Positions 5,990 through 10,662 of a stretch of DNA of 10,662 bases are shown here, piece by piece (within the stretch, counting starts at the first letter, position 1; every line of letters begins with the position of its first letter). A program made the position numbers and the translations under genes. The notes below the pieces were generated by a model. It was not told the DNA's origin, did no database searches, and saw nothing but the letters and a program-made list of their open reading frames with translations. The DNA is from Candidatus Hermodarchaeota archaeon (GTDB lineage Archaea; Asgardarchaeota; Hermodarchaeia; Hermodarchaeales; Hermodarchaeaceae), in assembly GCA_016840065.1 (NCBI GenBank), contig JAEOTB010000096.1, forward strand, positions 1 to 10,662. The letters are read 5' to 3'.

Positions 5990-7899
5990 CCAAAAACGAT
6001 TATGAAAAAGTAGGTCTTCTCGTCGGTCTTGAGATTCATCAACAACTAGATACTAAATCCAAGTTGTTCTGTAATTGCCCCACTATTATTAGAGAAGAGG
6101 AACGCCATTTTGAATTCCTGCGCCGATTAAGACCTACACAAAGTGAGCTAGGAGAGATAGACCCGGCGGCACTTTTCGAATTTCAGAAAGGCAGAGTCCA
6201 CATATATGAGAACTATGACGACACGGTATGTCTCGTAGAACAGGATGAGGAACCCCCTCACCCGCTTGATTCAGAAGCTGTTGATATCGCCCTAGAACTT
6301 GCGCTCCTATTGAATTCACAACCAGTTGATGAAATCCAAGTAATGCGCAAGATAGTAATTGACGGCTCCAACACCACAGGCTTCCAACGCACACTAGTCA
6401 TCGCCTTTGGTGGCACTCTAGATGTGGAAGGGAAATCGATTCCCATCCAAGCCATTTGCCTAGAGGAGGATGCAGCCCGGAAAATCGGTGAAGAAAATAA
6501 CCAAGTACGTTGGCGACTGGATAGACTTGGAATTCCTTTGATCGAAATCGCTACAGGCCCAGCTATGAAGAAGCCTGAAGAAGTGGAAGCTGTGGCGCTA
6601 TGTCTGGGTCAAATCCTACGAGTAACTGGAAAAGTAAAGCGGGGACTAGGAACGATTCGACAAGACATCAACGTCTCAATCACGGGAGGAGCTATAATAG
6701 AAATAAAGGGTGTTCAGAAACTCAACCTAATCAGAAACGTTGTTGAGTACGAGGTTCAAAGACAACTAGCCCTTCTCGCGATTCGCGACGAGTTACATCA
6801 ACGGGGAATCAAAGCAAGTAAGATAAAACCCAAGATTCACGATGTTACCTCCATATTCAAGAAATGTAAAAGCAAGGTAATCAAAGGGGCCTTGAAGCGA
6901 AAAGAGGGAATTTTCGCTCTTGTACTACCAGGATTTGATAGTCTAGTTGGTCGAGAATTACAACCAGGCCGCCGACTAGGAACAGAATTTGCTGATTATG
7001 CTCGGTTCTGGGGTGACGTTAAGGGCCTTTTCCATACCGACGAGTTACCAAAATATGGAATAACAGCACAGGAGGTCGACCAGTTGCGTGTTCATCTGAA
7101 AGTAAGCCAGAAGGATGCTGTCATTTTGGTAGCATCAAGAGAGAAACAGGCAAAGGCATCGTTAAAAGCTGTAGCCGATCGTGCCAAGGAGGCACTCAAA
7201 GGAGTGCCAGTGGAGACCCGTGGACCATTACAAGATGGGACTACAAAATTCGCAAGACCTCGGCCAGGCGCAGCCAGAATGTATCCAGAAACTGATGTTG
7301 CACCCGTAACGATTACAGAGGAGAGATTGGAAAGAATCCTGAAGCAGCTCCCAGAACTACCTGAACAAAAATTGAAAAAATTCCAAGAAATCTTCGGGTT
7401 GAGCAACGAACTAGCCCAGATTATGATTCGGTCACTGCGGATAGACCTCTTCGAGGAAATAGCAGAAAAACACACCAAGGTAGCAGTCACCATCGCTGCT
7501 ACACTCGAGTCAACATGGGTAAGCTTGGACAGAGAAGGAGTTGAAATCGAGAAAATATCTGAGGAGCAAATTCCAATCCTCTTTGACAGATTAGTCGAGG
7601 GAAAATTTGCCAAAGAAGCGATCCCAGATATTCTTACATGGCTAGCTAGTAATCCCAACAGAACTATTGATGACGCTATACAATCTTTGAACCTGGGGGG
7701 AATAACAAGAGAGCAGTTATCTGAAATCGTTGAAAAGATTGTAAAGGAAAATCAAGAAATGGTCATTGAGCGTAAGGAACGTGCACTAGGTCCCTTGATG
7801 GGGCTTGTGATGAAGCAGGTTCGAGGTAGAGTTGACGGAAAGCTTGTAAGTGAGCTTCTAAACGCGTCCATTCGAAGGCTGTTGGCTCAAGATGCTTGA
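5986..7899 (+). CDS. gatE: Glutamyl-tRNA(Gln) amidotransferase subunit E
   Basis: GLEIHQQL, KLFC, RPTQSELGEID, MRKIVIDGSNTTGFQRT, LEEDAAR, LDRLGIPLIEIAT, RGLGTIRQDINVS, AspRS-like insertion with HTDELPKYGI, RPRPGAARMYPETD, and a YqeY-like tail. Overlaps gatD by ATGA, suggesting translational coupling. Confidence 0.98.
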   Translation: MTKNDYEKVGLLVGLEIHQQLDTKSKLFCNCPTIIREEERHFEFLRRLRPTQSELGEIDPAALFEFQKGRVHIYENYDDTVCLVEQDEEPPHPLDSEAVDIALELALLLNSQPVDEIQVMRKIVIDGSNTTGFQRTLVIAFGGTLDVEGKSIPIQAICLEEDAARKIGEENNQVRWRLDRLGIPLIEIATGPAMKKPEEVEAVALCLGQILRVTGKVKRGLGTIRQDINVSITGGAIIEIKGVQKLNLIRNVVEYEVQRQLALLAIRDELHQRGIKASKIKPKIHDVTSIFKKCKSKVIKGALKRKEGIFALVLPGFDSLVGRELQPGRRLGTEFADYARFWGDVKGLFHTDELPKYGITAQEVDQLRVHLKVSQKDAVILVASREKQAKASLKAVADRAKEALKGVPVETRGPLQDGTTKFARPRPGAARMYPETDVAPVTITEERLERILKQLPELPEQKLKKFQEIFGLSNELAQIMIRSLRIDLFEEIAEKHTKVAVTIAATLESTWVSLDREGVEIEKISEEQIPILFDRLVEGKFAKEAIPDILTWLASNPNRTIDDAIQSLNLGGITREQLSEIVEKIVKENQEMVIERKERALGPLMGLVMKQVRGRVDGKLVSELLNASIRRLLAQDA

Positions 7900-7909
7900 C
7901 ACTTTTAGT

Positions 7910-8518
7910 CTAATGTGAGGCACCAATTACTGCACATATGGCAGCGGTAATCAAGCCTGCAAGGACCATTCGAAACCCAGTCGTGATGGGGTTTATCTTT
8001 GCTGTTCGTCCCATCCAGATTCCCAGGCCCATTAGAAACACCAAGGTAATAACCACAGAGTATATTGCTACAGTAACAAACACGGCTGGGTCTGGGAAGA
8101 TTATTAACGGTATTAATGGAATTATTGAAGCAGGAAGAGGAGCTATTGCATGAACGAAACCACCCCAGTAGGTTGCAAACCGAATCGCCGAAACTTGTAG
8201 GCTCTTCCTCATGGAACGATGCATAACGTGTTCCAATTCATCTAGTTCGAGACGCCGCTCAACACGTTCTGCTTCATAAGCGCCCCAGCCACTACTAATA
8301 GCGAGACCAACGGCTGCACCCAAACCTGAGAGAATAATAGTATCAGTTTCAATAGTACTATGAGTAATTAGAACACTCGCCATGGCTGCTAACACAATCG
8401 CGACAATAGTAAGCGCCCCATCAAAGGCACCAATCACAATATATCGCCTTGTCAAAGATCCAAGCTCGGTCATCCGCCAGTAAATTCGGACTCGTTCTCG
8501 CCAACCCATCTCGCTCAT
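7910..8518 (-). CDS. VIT1/CCC1-family membrane protein (archaeal TIGR00267-like), putative Fe/Mn transporter
   Basis: RRYIVIGAFDGALT in TM1, GLAISSGWGAYEAERVE followed by an acidic cytoplasmic segment, SIIPLIP, about five TM helices. Confidence 0.85.
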   Translation of the reverse strand: MSEMGWRERVRIYWRMTELGSLTRRYIVIGAFDGALTIVAIVLAAMASVLITHSTIETDTIILSGLGAAVGLAISSGWGAYEAERVERRLELDELEHVMHRSMRKSLQVSAIRFATYWGGFVHAIAPLPASIIPLIPLIIFPDPAVFVTVAIYSVVITLVFLMGLGIWMGRTAKINPITTGFRMVLAGLITAAICAVIGASH

Positions 8519-8578
8519 TTATATCAACCAAGTCTTTGGGATATCTAGTTCTTCTCGCACAAGAAGCTTTGAGTTTGG

Positions 8579-10099
8579 TTAAAAGCCTTTTCTCTGTTTT
8601 CTTTCTTGAAGGAGACTGGGAATGTCTTCGAGTTGGTGACGGATTTGCTCAGCTGTGTCTCTTGAACGGAGAGTTGCAGTGTTGTCTTCTAGCGTTTGAG
8701 GATCAATAGTGACAGCAAAAGGTATTCCAATCTCATCAGCGCGCGCATATCGACGGCCAATTCGACCTCTCTCATCATATAGAACCGATAAATTAAGTAA
8801 ACGACTCTTCTCATAGAGCTGACGTGCAATCTCTTCAAGTTCCGGTCGCTGGAGCAAAGGCAGGAAGACCGCTTCGTAAGGAGCTAGATGTAGAGGGAAT
8901 TGAAACCAGGTCCAGCCTCGCGATTCGTCCTTTGGTCGATAGGTGTGTTCAAGGATACAATAGAGTAGACGCTCAATACCAAAGGAAGGCTCAATCACAT
9001 GTGGAATGACTTTGGTGCCTTCTATGTCGATACTGAGGTCCTTCTGGCTCTCCTTCATGTGTGCTTGAAGGTCGTGATCTCGACGATAAGCGTTCCCGAT
9101 TACCTCTTTCCATCCTATACTCAGTTTTATCTCTAAGTCGAAGTTACCACCTGAATAGTGCGGGGTCTCCTCTGGTCGCATGTGGCGGAACCGGATAACC
9201 TCCTTAGGTATTCCTAGTTGGGGTATGAACTTCATCTCATTTCCAAGAATACATGCCATCCATTGGTTTGGTACAATTCCTTTGTTAAATGCCTCCTCAA
9301 CAGTCACAAGCTTTGTAGAATACTCGGTACTTTCTTTCTCTGCCGCTTCTTGTTGGACTTTCTGGGTAACAATAGGTAATTGTACGTTCTTCAAGTCGGA
9401 AAAGAGTGGGCATTCGTTTAGATTGTCAGGGTTTATGAAGTATTCAATCTCCATTTGGCCGAACTCACGGACTCTAACTACGCTTTGGCGAGGTGAAATC
9501 TCGTTCCGATAGGATTTACCGATTTGCGCCACACCTAGTGGTAGCTTTGACCGTGTAGCTGTTTGTATGCGCTTGAAGGCGAGGAATATATTTTGAGCTG
9601 TTTCAGGTCTCAAGAATGCTTGACGTCTTTCGCCCCCTACGCTTGTCCCAAACATCAGTCCAAAGCTTTTTACATCTCCAAGGAAATCTCCGCAGACAGG
9701 ACAACGAAGTTTCCCTTTACGCACGATTTCACTTAATTCAGTGTTTGATTTACCTTCTGCTTGTATTTTGAGCTTCTCCTCAATCAATTGGTCAATACGC
9801 GTGATGTGACCACGAGGACATTCAGCCGATGGGTCAGTAAAATGATCGAGATGACCTGAGGCTTTGAAAACTGGTGCAGGAAGTAGAGTTGTACCACTCA
9901 TTTCATAAACAAAATCCTGACTCTCAATGAAGTGCTGTCGCCAGAGACGAATTAGGTTGTTCCTGAGCCTGGTTCCAACTGGTCCAAAGTCATAGAAGCC
10001 TGCCAGTCCTCCATAGACTTCAGCAGTTGGGAAAAGAATACCACGTCGTAAACAAATCGTCATGACACTGTCAAGCAGAGATTTTGCCATTTCAAACAC
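8579..10099 (-). CDS. glyS: Glycyl-tRNA synthetase, homodimeric (archaeal/eukaryotic) type
   Basis: YGGLAGFYDFGPVG, FKASGHLDHFTDP, FLRPETAQ, motif 2 IGKSYRNEISPRQ-x-x-VRVREF-x-QMEIE, motif 3 HVIEPSFGIER, and anticodon domain IGRRYARADEIGIPFAVTID. Start is GTG 10099 or ATG 10090. Confidence 0.97.
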   Translation of the reverse strand: MFEMAKSLLDSVMTICLRRGILFPTAEVYGGLAGFYDFGPVGTRLRNNLIRLWRQHFIESQDFVYEMSGTTLLPAPVFKASGHLDHFTDPSAECPRGHITRIDQLIEEKLKIQAEGKSNTELSEIVRKGKLRCPVCGDFLGDVKSFGLMFGTSVGGERRQAFLRPETAQNIFLAFKRIQTATRSKLPLGVAQIGKSYRNEISPRQSVVRVREFGQMEIEYFINPDNLNECPLFSDLKNVQLPIVTQKVQQEAAEKESTEYSTKLVTVEEAFNKGIVPNQWMACILGNEMKFIPQLGIPKEVIRFRHMRPEETPHYSGGNFDLEIKLSIGWKEVIGNAYRRDHDLQAHMKESQKDLSIDIEGTKVIPHVIEPSFGIERLLYCILEHTYRPKDESRGWTWFQFPLHLAPYEAVFLPLLQRPELEEIARQLYEKSRLLNLSVLYDERGRIGRRYARADEIGIPFAVTIDPQTLEDNTATLRSRDTAEQIRHQLEDIPSLLQERKQRKGF

Positions 10100-10128
10100 A
10101 TCTGTTAGCGCCTGTTTATTAAGGCGCG

Positions 10129-10136
10129 GATAAAAG
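10129..10136 (-). promoter_or_regulatory. Candidate TATA box for glyS
   Basis: CTTTTATC on the minus strand, about 30 nt upstream of GTG 10099. Confidence 0.5.
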
Positions 10137-10210
10137 CTGTTCGGCTTAAAACCTGTTTTAATGCTTTCTCAAAAGGCGTTTTAACTGCTAATAACCCCAT
10201 AGGGGGTTGG

Positions 10211-10224
10211 GAAAGATTTTAAAC
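10211..10224 (+). promoter_or_regulatory. Candidate BRE-TATA promoter for the repeat-containing CDS
   Basis: GAAAGA-TTTTAAAC, about 45 nt upstream of ATG 10266/10272. Confidence 0.55.
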
Positions 10225-10271
10225 TCGCTTTTGATAGGGGTAATATACCTGATGTTAACTAGGTAATGCTA

Positions 10272-10662
10272 ATGTCTCAGATTGAAGTTAGTCCTGAGTA
10301 TTGGAGCGGTGTCCGCGATGCCCTGAGAATGGTCGAGACGTTCCTCTTCTGGAAGGAGAAGAACCCTGATGAGCCACGTTCTCTTGATCAATTTATTAGT
10401 GAGGCGCTAGATGCTGTCCGTAAGCGATGTGGCCCTTGTTTACAAGAGATTCTTGGACTTACCTTTGGTAAACTTGGTATTCCAGCAATATCTCCACAAT
10501 TCGAGACTGGTCCTCCCACTCCAGCCTCCGAACCAACAAGAGAGCCCATAGTATTCCCAGAAGGCCCTCCCACTCCAGAGCCTACAAGAGAGCCCATAGT
10601 ATTCCCAGAAGGCCCTCCCACTCCAGAGCCTACAAGAGAGCCCATAGTATTCCCAGAAGGCC
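10272..10662 (+). CDS. Hypothetical protein, 3'-truncated: helical N-terminal domain with CxxC followed by proline-rich tandem repeats
   Basis: Absent from the ORF track because there is no stop codon in the window. Manual translation: MSQIEVSPEYWSGVRDALRMVETFLFWKEKNPDEPRSLDQFISEALDAVRKRCGPCLQEILGLTFGKLGIPAISPQFETGPPTPASEPTREPIVFPEGPPTPEPTREPIVFPEGPPTPEPTREPIVFPEG. SD-like AGGT at 10261-10264, upstream TATA, and an alternative ATG at 10266. Confidence 0.85.
   Translation, partial: MSQIEVSPEYWSGVRDALRMVETFLFWKEKNPDEPRSLDQFISEALDAVRKRCGPCLQEILGLTFGKLGIPAISPQFETGPPTPASEPTREPIVFPEGPPTPEPTREPIVFPEGPPTPEPTREPIVFPEG
10512..10662 (+). repeat. 48-bp in-frame tandem repeat (PPTPEPTREPIVFPEG), at least 3 copies, running off the window end
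   Basis: Copy 1 is 10512-10565 (54 bp; 6-nt in-frame insertion plus synonymous differences). Copies 2 (10566-10613) and 3 (10614-10661) are nucleotide-identical. No spacers. Confidence 0.97.

Noticed and set aside
7092-7658. 188-aa ORF antisense to gatE
   Set aside because: Ser/Phe-rich shadow of a conserved gene with no recognisable motifs.
1260-9512. Remaining short ORFs (1260, 3441, 3736, 3936, 4418, 4657, 6134, 6258, 7938, 8449, 8824, 9180)
   Set aside because: All overlap well-supported genes in another frame or strand and show no independent coding signal.
10428-10439. CGPC as a thioredoxin active site
   Set aside because: There is no preceding Trp or beta strand and no thioredoxin fold pattern; the context is all-helical.
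10388-10645. 85-aa minus-strand ORF with GSLVGSGVGGPSGNT repeats
   Set aside because: Antisense shadow of the plus-strand repeat CDS, which has the promoter, the SD and a protein-like N-terminal domain.
10512-10662. Possible CRISPR array
   Set aside because: The units are contiguous with no unique spacers, their length is a multiple of three and they lie in frame.

Overview
Archaeal chromosomal window, most likely from an Asgard archaeon. Archaeal origin follows from gatD/gatE, a homodimer-type GlyRS, a SAMP-like protein and TATA-box promoters. Asgard affinity is an inference from a stand-alone longin-like protein, a stand-alone HisKA_7TM-like membrane protein and a TRAP-beta-like domain. 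Gene order: 5'-truncated beta-propeller protein (+); 7TM protein (-); longin-like protein (-); tRNA-Arg(UCU) (-); ThiS/SAMP ubiquitin-like protein (+); sequon-rich type I membrane protein (+); gatD-gatE (+); VIT1/CCC1-family protein (-); glyS (-); and a 3'-truncated CDS missed by the ORF track, with a CxxC helical domain followed by a 48-bp in-frame tandem repeat. The best leads are a C at the near-invariant U33 position of an otherwise intact tRNA-Arg, the 7TM + longin pair, the TRAP-beta-like surface glycoprotein and the proline-rich repeat protein. No mobile element or CRISPR array was seen. All family assignments come from motif recognition by eye; no searches were run.
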